Positions 43,548 to 53,673 of a DNA stretch of 64,000 nucleotides are shown piece after piece (the stretch's first letter is position 1; the number at the start of each line of letters is the position of its first letter). The translations under genes and the position numbers were made by a program. Origin of the DNA: Actinomycetota bacterium (GTDB lineage Bacteria > Actinomycetota > Thermoleophilia > Miltoncostaeales > Miltoncostaeaceae); contig VGCE01000003.1 in NCBI GenBank assembly GCA_016870155.1, forward strand, positions 54,055 through 118,054, read 5' to 3'. The notes beneath the pieces were generated by a model. The model saw nothing but the letters and a program-made list of their open reading frames with translations. It searched no databases and was not told the origin of the DNA.

Positions 43548-45401
43548 TCAGGCCTCGGCGGCCACCGCCACCTTGCGGCTCTTCGCCGCCTTGGCGCGCT
43601 CGGTGGCGTCGAGGGCCGTCTTGCGCATGCGCACCTCCTCGGGGGTGACCTCCACGCACTCGTCGTCGCGCACCCATTCCAGCGCCTGCTCCAGCGACAG
43701 CCTGCGCGGCGGCACCAGGCGCTCGAGCTCGTCGGATGTGCTCGAGCGCATGTTGGTGAGCTTCTTCTCCTTGCAGATGTTCACGTCGAGGTCGTCGCCG
43801 CGGGAGTTCTCGCCCACGATCATGCCCTCGTACACCGCGTCGCCCGGCTCCACGAACAGCACGCCGCGCTCCTGCAGGCCGAACATCGCGAAGGTGGTCA
43901 CCACGCCCGTTCGGTCGGCCACCAGGCTGCCGCGCGTGCGCATGCGGATCTCCCCCTGCCACGGCTGCCAGCTGTCGAACACCGAGTGCAGCAGGCCGGT
44001 GCCACGGGTCTCGGTGAGGAACTCCGTGCGGAATCCCACCAGGCCGCGCGCGGGCACCAGGTAGTCGAGGCGCGTCCAGCCGGTGCCGTGGTTCACCACC
44101 TGCTCCATGCGACCCTTGCGCAGGGCCAGCAGCTGCGTGACGACGCCCATCATGTCCTCGGGCACGTCGATGGTGACCCGCTCGATGGGCTCGTGGCGCA
44201 CGCCGTCGATCTCGCGGATGAGCACCTCGGGCTTGCCCACGGTCAGCTCGAATCCCTCGCGGCGCATGGTCTCCACAAGCACCGCCAGCTGCAGCTCGCC
44301 GCGCCCCTGCACCTCCCAGGCATCGGGCCGGTCGGTGGGCTGCACCCGCAGCGATACGTTGCCGATCAGCTCCTGGTCAAGGCGGTCCTTCACCATGCGG
44401 GCCGTGAGCTTCTTGCCCTCCTTGCCCGCCAGCACGGAGGTGTTGATACCGATCGTGAGTCCCAGGCTGGGTTCGTCCACGGTGATCACGGGAAGGGCCC
44501 GCGGGTCGTCGGGGTCGGCCAGGGTCTCGCCGATGGTGATGTCCTCGATGCCGGCGATGGCGATGATGTCGCCGGGGCCGGCTTCATCCACGGGCACGCG
44601 ATCGAGTTCGCGGGTCACGAACAGCTCGACGATCTTGGCCTGCTGCATCGACCCGTCTGCGCGGCACCACGACACCTGCTGGCCCTTGCGGATGGTTCCC
44701 TCGTGCACGCGGCAGACGGCCAGGCGCCCCAGGTACGCGTCGGCGGCCAGGTTGGTGACCAGCGCCTGAAGGGGGGCGCCCTCGGTGTACTCGGGGGCCG
44801 GGATGGCATTACGCAGCACGTCGAACAGCGGGGTGAGGTCGTCCTCCTGGCTGTCCGCCGACAGTGACGCCGTGCCGGCCTTGCCGTTGGTGTAGACGAT
44901 GGGGAAGTCGATCTGGGCCTCGTTGGCACCTAGGTCCAGGAACAGTTCGTAGACCTCGTCCACGACCTCCGACACCCGGGCATCGGGGCGGTCCACCTTG
45001 TTGACCACGAGTACCACGGGCAGGCCGCCCTCCAGTGCCTTGCGCAGCACGAAGCGCGTCTGGGGGAGGGGGCCCTCGGAGGCGTCCACCAGCAGCAGCA
45101 CGCCATCCACCATGTAGAGGCCGCGCTCGACCTCGCCGCCGAAGTCCGCGTGCCCCGGCGTGTCGATGATGTTGATGGTCAGGTCACCGCGCTTGACCGC
45201 GGTGTTCTTGGCGAGGATCGTGATGCCCTTCTCGCGCTCGAGGTCGCCGGAGTCCATGACGCGCGTCTGCACGTCCTGGTTCTCGCGGAAGGCGCCGCTC
45301 TGCCACAGCATGGCGTCGACAAGGGTGGTCTTGCCGTGGTCCACATGGGCCACGATCGCCACGTTTCGGAGGTCATCCCGGGTAGGCACGGCGGAGGACA
45401 C
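43548..45401 (-). CDS. typA: Translational GTPase TypA/BipA
   Basis: [28 protein letters not shown] and NKVDR motifs. GTG 45401 is preceded by GGAGGG at a 9-nt spacing (alternative ATG at 45434). Confidence 0.93.
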   Translation of the reverse strand: MSSAVPTRDDLRNVAIVAHVDHGKTTLVDAMLWQSGAFRENQDVQTRVMDSGDLEREKGITILAKNTAVKRGDLTINIIDTPGHADFGGEVERGLYMVDGVLLLVDASEGPLPQTRFVLRKALEGGLPVVLVVNKVDRPDARVSEVVDEVYELFLDLGANEAQIDFPIVYTNGKAGTASLSADSQEDDLTPLFDVLRNAIPAPEYTEGAPLQALVTNLAADAYLGRLAVCRVHEGTIRKGQQVSWCRADGSMQQAKIVELFVTRELDRVPVDEAGPGDIIAIAGIEDITIGETLADPDDPRALPVITVDEPSLGLTIGINTSVLAGKEGKKLTARMVKDRLDQELIGNVSLRVQPTDRPDAWEVQGRGELQLAVLVETMRREGFELTVGKPEVLIREIDGVRHEPIERVTIDVPEDMMGVVTQLLALRKGRMEQVVNHGTGWTRLDYLVPARGLVGFRTEFLTETRGTGLLHSVFDSWQPWQGEIRMRTRGSLVADRTGVVTTFAMFGLQERGVLFVEPGDAVYEGMIVGENSRGDDLDVNICKEKKLTNMRSSTSDELERLVPPRRLSLEQALEWVRDDECVEVTPEEVRMRKTALDATERAKAAKSRKVAVAAEA

Positions 45402-45440
45402 TAGTGCACGCCCTCCGGGCCGGGCTGACATCATCCCGAT

Positions 45441-46091
45441 GTGACAACCACGCGGGAAGACGCCGGCTCCGGGCGCGAGTCGAGATGGCCGCCCCTGGTG
45501 GCCCTCCTGCTGGCCGCGCTGCTGGAGCTTAGCCTGCCCGGCGACCTCATCCTGGGCGGCGGCTGGATCCGCTGGATCATCCCGGCGCTGGTGGTCATCC
45601 TCATCGTGGTGGCGGCGGTGGCGCCGCTGGACGAGAGCGACCGACGCAGGCGCCTGGGCGTGACCCTGGCGGCCCTGGTGACGGTGGCGAACGCGGTGGC
45701 CATCGGCGAACTGGTCTACGGGATCGTGGGCGAGGCGGGGTTCGAGGGCAAGTACCTCATCGTGGCCGCGCTGCAGGTGTGGTTCACGAACGTGATCGTG
45801 TTCGCCATGTGGTTCTGGGAGCTCGACGGCGGCGGGCCGCGGCATCGCGCATTCGCCGCGCCGGGGCCGCAGGAGTTTCTGTTCGCCCAGTACACGCTGC
45901 CCCAGCCGTGGACCTGGCGACCCTCGTTTCTGGACTACCTCTACCTGTCGTTCTCGAACGCAGTCTCGTTCGCGGCAGCCGATGTGCTGCCGCTGCGCCA
46001 CCGCATGAAGGCGCTCATGGCGCTGGAGTCCATCCTGTCGCTGCTGGTCATCCTCATCATCGCCGCGCGCGCGATCAGCGTGCTCCGGTAG
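45441..46091 (+). CDS. DUF1345-family membrane protein
   Basis: [20 protein letters not shown]...FLFAQ...[20 protein letters not shown] motifs. Confidence 0.72.
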   Translation: MTTTREDAGSGRESRWPPLVALLLAALLELSLPGDLILGGGWIRWIIPALVVILIVVAAVAPLDESDRRRRLGVTLAALVTVANAVAIGELVYGIVGEAGFEGKYLIVAALQVWFTNVIVFAMWFWELDGGGPRHRAFAAPGPQEFLFAQYTLPQPWTWRPSFLDYLYLSFSNAVSFAAADVLPLRHRMKALMALESILSLLVILIIAARAISVLR

Positions 46092-46112
46092 CCGCACCTG
46101 TACGGTGATGGC

Positions 46113-46988
46113 GTGCGCCGGTTCGCCACACCCGTGTCCGTGACATCCGCCGTCCTCCTGGGGGTGGCCGCAGTGACCGTGGCCGCCGTGTCGCAGGCGG
46201 ACGCCGCCACGGCCTGCCGCGTGGTGGCCAACCCGACGCCCGCGCGTCACACCACGTGCCGCAACGCCGACCTGCGGCGCATCAACCTGGCGGGGCGCGA
46301 CCTGCGCCACGCCGACTTCACCGGGTCATCCATGCAGCACGCCAACCTGGCAGGGGCCACCCTCACCGATGCGCGCCTGCCCTTGGCCAACCTGACCCGC
46401 GCGAACCTCTCCGGAGTCCGGGCCGCCGGCGCGCGCATGACCGCCGCGGGCCTCACGAGTGCCAACCTCACCGGTGCCGACCTGAGCGGCGCCCGGCTGA
46501 ACGGCACCATCAAGTTCACCAATGCCAATCTCACCAATGCCGACCTCACGGGAGCCAACCTGGGCAGTGCGCTGCTGCTGGGCGTCACCGTGGCGGGTGC
46601 CGACTTCACCGGCGCGCGGCTCACGAACGTGGGCAGCAGCGGCCTGGTGGGGCAGCCCATCGCGGTGCCCGCCGGATGGCGCGTGGTGCAGGGGCAGCTC
46701 GCCGGGCCCACCGCCAACCTGTGGGGCGCGTCGTTCACCGATGCCGACCTGTCCGGCATCGACCTGTCGGGGGCGAACCTCATCTACGCGTCAATCGGCG
46801 GTAATTCGACCTTGCGGGGGACCCCAATGACCGGCGCCGTCATGGATGGCATGTCGTGGAGCTGGAACTTCTCGGCCAACGGCGGGAACGGCGGCCCGGA
46901 CGGCGGCACGGTCATCTGCCCCAACGGCTCGGTGGCCACCCCCGGCTACGCGAGCGGACTCCCGGGAGCGCCCAGCGTTGGCTGCTGA
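46113..46988 (+). CDS. Secreted pentapeptide-repeat protein
   Basis: Signal peptide (...AAVSQADA), then more than 20 consecutive A(D/N)L-type pentapeptides ([33 protein letters not shown]...). Confidence 0.85.
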   Translation: MRRFATPVSVTSAVLLGVAAVTVAAVSQADAATACRVVANPTPARHTTCRNADLRRINLAGRDLRHADFTGSSMQHANLAGATLTDARLPLANLTRANLSGVRAAGARMTAAGLTSANLTGADLSGARLNGTIKFTNANLTNADLTGANLGSALLLGVTVAGADFTGARLTNVGSSGLVGQPIAVPAGWRVVQGQLAGPTANLWGASFTDADLSGIDLSGANLIYASIGGNSTLRGTPMTGAVMDGMSWSWNFSANGGNGGPDGGTVICPNGSVATPGYASGLPGAPSVGC

Positions 46989-48525
46989 CCCGCACGCTCC
47001 GAACCCGCGCCGCTCGCGGCCCCGGCTGGTCCTGGCGGCCCTGGGTGGGTGCGCCGTGGTGGCAGGCGTGGGTGCCACGGCGGCCGTGGTGTCGGCGGGC
47101 ATGGCCGACCCGCCACCGTGCGAGGCCTGCGAGGGCTTCGTCACGGGCGAGCCGCTGCGCGATCCGCCCACCATGACCGCGCAGGGCGGTGCACTTGACG
47201 TGGTGATGACCCCCCGCACCCGCACGGTGGACATCGGCGGACGGTCGGTATCGAGCCAGACCTACGCGTCGAAGTTCGCCGCGCCCACGTGGGTGGTGAA
47301 CCCCGGTGACGACCTCAACGTGCTGCTGCGCAACCGCCTGCCCGCCGGCTACCTGCCCGACGTCCAGGACCTCAACAGGTTCCTGCAGCCCAAGGGCGCC
47401 ATCACCAACCTTCATGTGCACGGCCTGCACGTGTCGCCGGACTCCCCCCAGGACAACGTGTTCCTGACCATCCGGCCCGGCCAGGACTACCAGTACCGCT
47501 ACCGCCTGCCCGCCAACCACCCGTCGGGCGTGTTCTGGTACCACCCGCACCACCACCGGTACGTGGACATGCAGACCTTCGCCGGCCAGGCCGGCACCAT
47601 CATCGTGCGCGGCGGCCTGGACGACCTGCCGGGAGTCGGCAACCTGCGCGACCGCGTGATGGTGTTCCAGAACACCGAGGTGCGGGGATCCTCCACGGCG
47701 GGCAGCCAGTCGCGCCCGCCCAAGGACCGCGTCATCATCATCAACGGCCAGCTGCAGCCCCGCATCGACATCCGCCCCGGCGAATCGCAGCGCTGGCGCC
47801 TGGTGAACGCGTCCACCGAGCGCTTCCTCAAGATGCGTCCAGTGGGCGGTGAGTACTTCCTGCTGGCCCGCGACGGCGTGACGCTGCGCACCCCGCAGCG
47901 GCTGTCCGAGGTCTTCCTGGCCCCCGGCCAGCGGTTCGAGGTGCTGGTGCGCGCCGGTACGGCCCGCGGGGACTTCAAACTGGTGCAGGAGTACTTCCAG
48001 CAGCGCCCGACGCCGTTCGGCATCCAGCCCGAGGTCCAGGTGGCCACGGTGCGCGTGGACGGTGCCGCCCAGGCGCGCCAGCCCGTGCCGGCGGTCCTCG
48101 GGCCGGTGGACGACCTGCGCGGCGCCCGGGTGGACATCGCGGCCCGTCGCCGGGTGGTGTTCACGCAGAACCCGGCCAAGGCCCAGTTCTTCGTGAACGG
48201 CAAGCTCTTCGCCCATGACAAGGGCGGCACGCCCGTGCCGATGTTCAGCCCCAGGCTCAACACGGTGGAGGAGTGGCTGCTGGTCAACGACTCCCCGGAG
48301 TGGCACAACTTCCACATCCACGTTGATCCGTACCAGGTGGTGGCGCGTAACGGCCGCCCTGTCACCGGGCAGCCGGAGTGGGCCGATTCCCTCGCCATGC
48401 CGCCGAGGAGCCGCATCACCATCCGCCAGCGATTCGCGGACTTCACCGGCAGGTTCGTGCTCCACTGCCACGTGCTGGTGCACGAGGACAACGGCATGAT
48501 GGCCGAGGTGCGGGTGGTGAACTAG
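46978..48525 (+). CDS. Multicopper oxidase with a twin-arginine-containing signal-like N-terminus
   Basis: Copper ligand motifs HVHGLH, WYHPHHH, HNFHIH and HCHVLVHEDNGMM. The only plausible start upstream of the hydrophobic N-terminus is TTG 46978, which overlaps the end of the pentapeptide gene. The start is uncertain. Confidence 0.82.
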   Translation: MAADPHAPNPRRSRPRLVLAALGGCAVVAGVGATAAVVSAGMADPPPCEACEGFVTGEPLRDPPTMTAQGGALDVVMTPRTRTVDIGGRSVSSQTYASKFAAPTWVVNPGDDLNVLLRNRLPAGYLPDVQDLNRFLQPKGAITNLHVHGLHVSPDSPQDNVFLTIRPGQDYQYRYRLPANHPSGVFWYHPHHHRYVDMQTFAGQAGTIIVRGGLDDLPGVGNLRDRVMVFQNTEVRGSSTAGSQSRPPKDRVIIINGQLQPRIDIRPGESQRWRLVNASTERFLKMRPVGGEYFLLARDGVTLRTPQRLSEVFLAPGQRFEVLVRAGTARGDFKLVQEYFQQRPTPFGIQPEVQVATVRVDGAAQARQPVPAVLGPVDDLRGARVDIAARRRVVFTQNPAKAQFFVNGKLFAHDKGGTPVPMFSPRLNTVEEWLLVNDSPEWHNFHIHVDPYQVVARNGRPVTGQPEWADSLAMPPRSRITIRQRFADFTGRFVLHCHVLVHEDNGMMAEVRVVN

Positions 48526-50336
48526 GCGCGCGCCACCGGCGCGGCCGGTGGTACCGCGGCCTCCTCGCGCGGTGACGTGCGTCGTGCCCCCAGCAGGGCG
48601 GCCACGACCGCGCCCGCCGTGATGAGCACGAGTCCGGTGATGTCACCGCCCGTGGTGACGGCATCCAGGAACCAGAACGACAGCAGGGTGGTGGTGACGG
48701 GCGCGAGTACGCCCTCGGCACCCACCACGTCGGCGCTGATCTGTGACAGCGCCCATGAACGCCCCAGCGTGGCAATCAACTGCGCCCCCAGCGCGGCCAT
48801 GGCGAGCGCGCCGTACTCCGCCGCCGTCAGGTCGAATGCGGCAGCACCCTCCGTGATCGCGCCGATCACCAGGGCCACGACAGCAGCCGCCAGTGCGCTT
48901 GCCAGCGCCACATCGATGACGCTGGCATGTGCCAGCGCCCTCTGCGTGATCACGATCGATCCCGCGAACACCGCCGGCGACGCCAACGCAAGGGTGATGC
49001 CCGTCGGGTCCCCTACCGCATCGCGCGCGAAGGCGATCGCCCCGGCCAGGATGAGCGCCACCCCCGCCAGCACGCCCAGGGTGGGGCGCTTCCGGTACGC
49101 CACGATGCCGATGGCCACCACCCACACCGGTGCCGTCATCGAGAGTCCGGTTGCAGGGCCCGATCCCACCAGGGGCACGGCTTCCAGGTAGAGCGCCAGG
49201 TTCAGCACGTAGATGGCGCCCGCCACGGCCGCCAGCAGCAGGCCCCGGCGGGCGGACGGCTGCTCGGGGGTCCGGGACATTCGCAGCACGCCGATGCCGA
49301 CGGCGGCGCCCAGCGACAGCAGCCCGGACAGCACATACGGTGTATCGCGGTTCATCACCACCTCATTGGCGGCGAGCGACGTCACGCCGGCCACCAGCAT
49401 GAGCGCGGCGAAGATGAGCGCCACAACGGCGGGGGACCTCTGGCGATCCCCGCCCGAGGTCCGGTAGGCACCCACGGTGATGACCGCGGCGGCGAACAGC
49501 GACATCGCCAGCATCCCGTTGGCCGCGGCCTCCGCCTGGCCCTGGCCTCCGAAGGCCGGTTCCATACCGGTCTGCACGCCCTCGACACCCACCAGGGCGA
49601 TCGCCAGGATCGTGGCCGTGCCCCAGCGCGTTCCGGATCGACCGGCGATGGCGATGGCGCCCACCAGCGCCAGCGGCACGAGTGGTCCGATCTCCCCGAG
49701 CAGCCCGATGGCGGCCACCACGGTCACCACGACGAACGAGGCCATGGCGATTCGCTGCCGGAACGCCTCGCGCAGCGGCGCCTGCGGGTCGCCCCAGGCC
49801 AGCACGAACCCGCCGGCCACGAGGAAGCCGGCCAGATAGCCCGTGATCACCCAGCCCGTGACCTGCGGAACGCTGAAGCCCCCCGGCATGTCGCCCATCG
49901 CGGCGACGATGGCCACGGTGAACACGCCCGCGGCGATGCTGATGAGCGCCGCGATGCCGGCGAAGCGGAGCGTCTGGGCAAGATCGCGCAGCCAGCAGTT
50001 CGTCCGCTGCAAGAGCGTCGCGCCGAGCAGGCACGCCACCGCGTGGATGGCCACCGACCCAAGGAGCAGCGCGACGCCCCGGTGGGCCACCAGGATCTGG
50101 CCCAGGAGGTCCCCGGCCACCAGCGCGGGCCAGAGTGATCGGCCGATCCGCGCCAGCAGGGCCGATCCCACTCCCGGAAGCAGCAGCAGGATCGAGATCT
50201 GCATGTCGGTGAGGCACAGGCCGTACGACACCACCGTGGCGCCCACGGCGAGAAGGGCCGCGGCGACGAACGATGCCCACCACGCGGCGGACGCCAGCAT
50301 CGTCCGGGAGGGGACCAGCGCATTCACACCCTGCAC
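48522..50336 (-). CDS. Large polytopic membrane protein: N-terminal MASE1-like half and C-terminal EamA/DMT-transporter-like half
   Basis: 604 aa, almost entirely hydrophobic helices. The C-terminal half has EamA-like repeats (PATGLSMTAPVWVVAIGIVAYRKRPT..GVALILAGA). The N-terminal assignment is tentative. Confidence 0.7.
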   Translation of the reverse strand: MQGVNALVPSRTMLASAAWWASFVAAALLAVGATVVSYGLCLTDMQISILLLLPGVGSALLARIGRSLWPALVAGDLLGQILVAHRGVALLLGSVAIHAVACLLGATLLQRTNCWLRDLAQTLRFAGIAALISIAAGVFTVAIVAAMGDMPGGFSVPQVTGWVITGYLAGFLVAGGFVLAWGDPQAPLREAFRQRIAMASFVVVTVVAAIGLLGEIGPLVPLALVGAIAIAGRSGTRWGTATILAIALVGVEGVQTGMEPAFGGQGQAEAAANGMLAMSLFAAAVITVGAYRTSGGDRQRSPAVVALIFAALMLVAGVTSLAANEVVMNRDTPYVLSGLLSLGAAVGIGVLRMSRTPEQPSARRGLLLAAVAGAIYVLNLALYLEAVPLVGSGPATGLSMTAPVWVVAIGIVAYRKRPTLGVLAGVALILAGAIAFARDAVGDPTGITLALASPAVFAGSIVITQRALAHASVIDVALASALAAAVVALVIGAITEGAAAFDLTAAEYGALAMAALGAQLIATLGRSWALSQISADVVGAEGVLAPVTTTLLSFWFLDAVTTGGDITGLVLITAGAVVAALLGARRTSPREEAAVPPAAPVARA

Positions 50337-50369
50337 CCTACGTGAGGGGTCCGAGCCGCCTCGGGCGGA

Positions 50370-50468
50370 TCACATGGCCACGATGAACAGCACCAGCAGG
50401 CCCACGATCAGCACGATCGCCACGGCGGCGATGACGGGCCGGCGTGAGTCGGGGCGAGGGGGACCCAT
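50370..50468 (-). CDS. Possible 32-aa hydrophobic micro-protein
   Basis: The product is MGPPRPDSRRPVIAAVAIVLIVGLLVLFIVAM, read by hand (too short for the ORF track). There is no good SD. Confidence 0.2.
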   Translation of the reverse strand: MGPPRPDSRRPVIAAVAIVLIVGLLVLFIVAM

Positions 50469-50511
50469 AGGTCCACGTCAGCAGACCCTCCGCGTGTCCG
50501 CCCCGAACGCA

Positions 50512-50539
50512 CGAAAGCCGCTCACGTGAGCGGCTTTCG
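50512..50539. terminator. Perfect 28-nt palindrome hairpin downstream of tRNA-fMet
   Basis: CGAAAGCCGCTCAC/GTGAGCGGCTTTCG forms a stem of up to 14 bp, 13 nt past the tRNA 3' end. Confidence 0.6.
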
Positions 50540-50551
50540 TGGAGACGCTTA

Positions 50552-50625
<74 letters not shown>

Positions 50626-50730
50626 GCGTGTCATGAATGTAGCACCCGACCCGCCTGGCTGGACAGGGCCGGGGAGCGACCTATGTTGGCGGCGAACGCC
50701 ACGGGGACGACGGCGGGAGGAGGCCGGCTG

Positions 50731-51198
50731 ATGATGTACCAGCGCAAGCGCATCGTGATGATCGCCCACGACAACCGCAAGCGCGACATGCTCGAGTGGG
50801 CACGCGACCACTACGAGGTGCTGCGCCACCACGAGCTGCACGCGACGGGCACGACCGGCGGCATCATCGCCGACGACTTGGGCCTCGACGTGCACCGCTT
50901 CCTGTCCGGTCCGCTCGGGGGCGACCAGCAGGTGGGCGCCGCGCTGGCCGAGGGGCGCCTGGACATGGTCATCTTCTTCTGGGACCCGCTCGAGCCCCAG
51001 CCGCACGACGTGGACGTGAAGGCCCTGCTGCGCATCGCCGTGGTGCACAACTGCCCCATCGCGTGCAACCGCGCCACGGCCGACTTCCTGCTGGCGAGCC
51101 CGCTGATGGGCGAGGACTACCGGCCCGCGGCCTCGCCCGGTGACCTCGCGCCCGACGAGCGCCACATCGCCGATGTGGGGGTGGCCGCTCGGACCTGA
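50731..51198 (+). CDS. mgsA: Methylglyoxal synthase
   Basis: IVMIAHDNRKRDML, HELHATGTTG, GPLGGDQQ and DPLEPQPHDVDVKALLR motifs. A GGGAGGAGG SD precedes ATG 50731. Confidence 0.92.
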   Translation: MMYQRKRIVMIAHDNRKRDMLEWARDHYEVLRHHELHATGTTGGIIADDLGLDVHRFLSGPLGGDQQVGAALAEGRLDMVIFFWDPLEPQPHDVDVKALLRIAVVHNCPIACNRATADFLLASPLMGEDYRPAASPGDLAPDERHIADVGVAART

Positions 51199-51211
51199 CC
51201 CGGGGGCTGCC

Positions 51212-51928
51212 TCAGCCGCCGAGGCGCACGGGATCGCCCACGGCGATCCAGCCGGGTCGCACCACGCGACAGCAGGCGCCCGCGTAGTTGCGTCGCTCGC
51301 GCGCCAGCGCGGCATGGGCGCGGGTGTCGCGCTCGGCGGTATCGGGGTCGCGGCTCAGCACGCCCGACCGTCGCGTGGGCGCCACCACCTCGATCTCGGC
51401 GCCGTCGCCGATCACCAGCCGCCGGCCCATCCAGGCATCCTCGGGGAAGGGGTCGTCGCCCGCGTCGATCACCACGTTCGGCCGGAAGCGGCGCCGGTCG
51501 ACGTCCTCCCCCGCCCACGCGGACACCTGCGCGATCGTGGCCTCCGCCAGCAGCGCCACGGGCTGGTCCGCATGGGCCCCCACGGGCGAGCGGCGAAGCT
51601 CCACCGGCTCGCGCTCATCGCGCCCGAGGTCGGCGCGCATGCCATCGGCCAGCGACGGGTCGTCCCACGTCACCACATCACCCCGCGGGGTCTCGACCCG
51701 CACGTCGTCCCCGCCCTCGGCGTCCTCGCACCACGCCCGGTAGGCGAGCAGCGGCGGATGCCGCAGGGCGATCACCGGGCTGCCGTCGGACGGGTCGGCC
51801 ACCATGCAGCGCCGGTCGCCCTGCACCCCAAGCGGGCCGAGGAACGCCCGCCTCAGCCGCTCGCCGCCCATCGAGGCCACGGGGTATCGCCAGAGGTCGG
51901 ACACCACCGCCACCGGCCGCGTGCCCAA
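51212..51928 (-). CDS. MOSC-domain protein
   Basis: N-terminal LWRYPVASMGGERL (MOSC_N-like), FRPNVVI and a C-terminal region with Cys (YAGACCRVV). Confidence 0.78.
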   Translation of the reverse strand: MGTRPVAVVSDLWRYPVASMGGERLRRAFLGPLGVQGDRRCMVADPSDGSPVIALRHPPLLAYRAWCEDAEGGDDVRVETPRGDVVTWDDPSLADGMRADLGRDEREPVELRRSPVGAHADQPVALLAEATIAQVSAWAGEDVDRRRFRPNVVIDAGDDPFPEDAWMGRRLVIGDGAEIEVVAPTRRSGVLSRDPDTAERDTRAHAALARERRNYAGACCRVVRPGWIAVGDPVRLGG

Positions 51929-51945
51929 GGCCTGCTCCCGGACGC

Positions 51946-52128
51946 CTACGTGAGGATGATCGCGAGGACGATCACGATGATCAGCAGGATCGCCAGCGTG
52001 GCGTACACCAGCCGCACCGCGCGGTTCGCGCCCACCGCCGCCACCCGCGCGTTCTCGCGCTTCTTCGCGATCACCTCGGGATCGGTCTCGCGCTCCGGCC
52101 AGTCGTCGTCTTCGTCATCCCAACCCAT
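51946..52128 (-). CDS. Small tail-anchored membrane protein (60 aa)
   Basis: Acidic N-terminus and a single C-terminal TM segment (LVYATLAILLIIVIVLAIILT). Confidence 0.4.
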   Translation of the reverse strand: MGWDDEDDDWPERETDPEVIAKKRENARVAAVGANRAVRLVYATLAILLIIVIVLAIILT

Positions 52129-52219
52129 GCGCAGCAGCCTACCGCCGAGGGCCGCAGGGGTTTATCGCCCCCTGCGGCATGCGCCAAGGCCCCTGCGGAC
52201 CGGGTCGGGGCGGGAACGC

Positions 52220-52245
52220 GAACGGCCCGCTTTCGCGGGCCGTTC
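52220..52245 (-). terminator. Hairpin terminator downstream of rpoD
   Basis: GAACGGCCCGC-tttc-GCGGGCCGTTC forms an 11-bp perfect stem about 25 nt after the rpoD stop. A second hairpin (CCGCAGGGG...CCCCTGCGG) lies at 52152-52177. Confidence 0.6.
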
Positions 52246-52269
52246 GGGTGCTGCTCATGGCGGGTGGGG

Positions 52270-53352
52270 CTAGGCGACCTCAGCCAGGCCGCGCACGTCC
52301 ATCATGCCGGCGAGCTTCTGCAGCGCCTGGTTCTCGATCTGGCGGATGCGCTCGCGCGTGACGTTGAACGTGCGGCCCACCTCGTCAAGGGTGCGGGGCT
52401 GCTCGCCGCCCAGGCCGTAGCGCAACTCGAGCACGCGGCGCTCGCGGTAGCTGAGCGAGTTGAGGACCTCCTGCAGGGTCTCGTTGCGCAGGGTCTCGTC
52501 GGCGGCCGCCTCGGGCGAGATGGCCTTCTCGTCGGCGATGAACTGGCCGAACTCCGACTCCTCCTCGTCGCCCACGGGCTTCTCGAGCGAGACCGGGGTC
52601 TGGGCGCTCCTGCGGATGGACTCCACCTCGGCCTCGTTGAGGCCGATCGAGGCGCCGATCTCGGCGTTGCTGGGGTCGCGCCCCAGCTCGGCCAGCAGCT
52701 TGCGCTCGGTGCGGTTGATCTTGTTGAGCTTCTCCACCACGTGCACGGGCATGCGGATGGTGCGGCCCTTGTCGGCGATGGCGCGGGCCACCGCCTGGCG
52801 GATCCACCACGTGGCGTACGTGGAGAACTTGTAGCCCTTGCGGTAGTCGAACTTCTCGGCGGCGCGCACCAGGCCCAGCGTGCCCTCCTGGATCAGGTCG
52901 AGGAAAGCCAGGCCCTGGTTGCGGTAGTTCTTCGCGATCGAGACGACCAGGCGCAGGTTGCTCTCCACCATCTTCTGCTTGGCCGCGAGGTCGCCCTCCT
53001 CGATGAGCTTGGCGAGCTCGACTTCCTGCTTGGCGGTGAGCAGCGGGATGCGGCCGATGTCGCGCAGGAAGAGCTGCAGCAGGTCGGTGGTGCTTTCGGC
53101 CTTTGCGGCCACGCGGCGGGGACGCTCGGCCTCCTCCGCGAGCTTGGCGCGACGCTCCTGGGCGTCGGGCTCTTCGAGCAGCTCGATACCCATCTCGTCG
53201 ATGTGCGTGTACAGGGCCTCGGCGTCCTCCTGGACGATGTCCATGCCCTGCAGCGCCCCGGCGACCTCCTCGATGCCGAGGAAGCCCTGCTCCTGCCCAC
53301 GGGTGAGGAGGACCAGCATTTCCTCGTTGCCCACGATCTCCTTGAGCGTCAT
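52270..53352 (-). CDS. rpoD: Primary (group 1) RNA polymerase sigma factor
   Basis: Region 2 ([35 protein letters not shown]), region 3 and region 4.2 ([20 protein letters not shown]), with a short acidic N-terminal region. Confidence 0.95.
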   Translation of the reverse strand: MTLKEIVGNEEMLVLLTRGQEQGFLGIEEVAGALQGMDIVQEDAEALYTHIDEMGIELLEEPDAQERRAKLAEEAERPRRVAAKAESTTDLLQLFLRDIGRIPLLTAKQEVELAKLIEEGDLAAKQKMVESNLRLVVSIAKNYRNQGLAFLDLIQEGTLGLVRAAEKFDYRKGYKFSTYATWWIRQAVARAIADKGRTIRMPVHVVEKLNKINRTERKLLAELGRDPSNAEIGASIGLNEAEVESIRRSAQTPVSLEKPVGDEEESEFGQFIADEKAISPEAAADETLRNETLQEVLNSLSYRERRVLELRYGLGGEQPRTLDEVGRTFNVTRERIRQIENQALQKLAGMMDVRGLAEVA

Positions 53353-53673
53353 CTTCTTTCATCCCCTTTGGCCCGGTCCTCACCGGGCGCTTCGTCGTGC
53401 GTGCCCGGGCGCAGGTCACCCCCCGGACGCATCGGTGCCCCTGGCACCTGCCTGCCACTCATCCCGCTCACCCGCCGACCCTCTCGGACCGGGCGGGGAT
53501 CCAACGCACCGGACGCTCGTCCGGCATGCTGCTTTCGGCAGTGTCCCCATCGGCCCTTATGGGCCGGTTAAGAGGTTCTCCGCGCAGGGTAAACATCCTG
53601 CCCCCCGGTGTTGGGGGTGAACGGGCGCTTCCTTACCGGTTCGTGACCATGCGGCTCACCGGTGCCACAGCCG

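Noticed and set aside
46250-46700. 15-nt periodic nucleotide repetition that could be mistaken for a tandem-repeat or CRISPR-like array.
   Set aside because: The periodicity is the coding signature of pentapeptide repeats (A[DN]LxG) within a continuous ORF. There are no spacer/repeat units of CRISPR size and no cas genes in the window.
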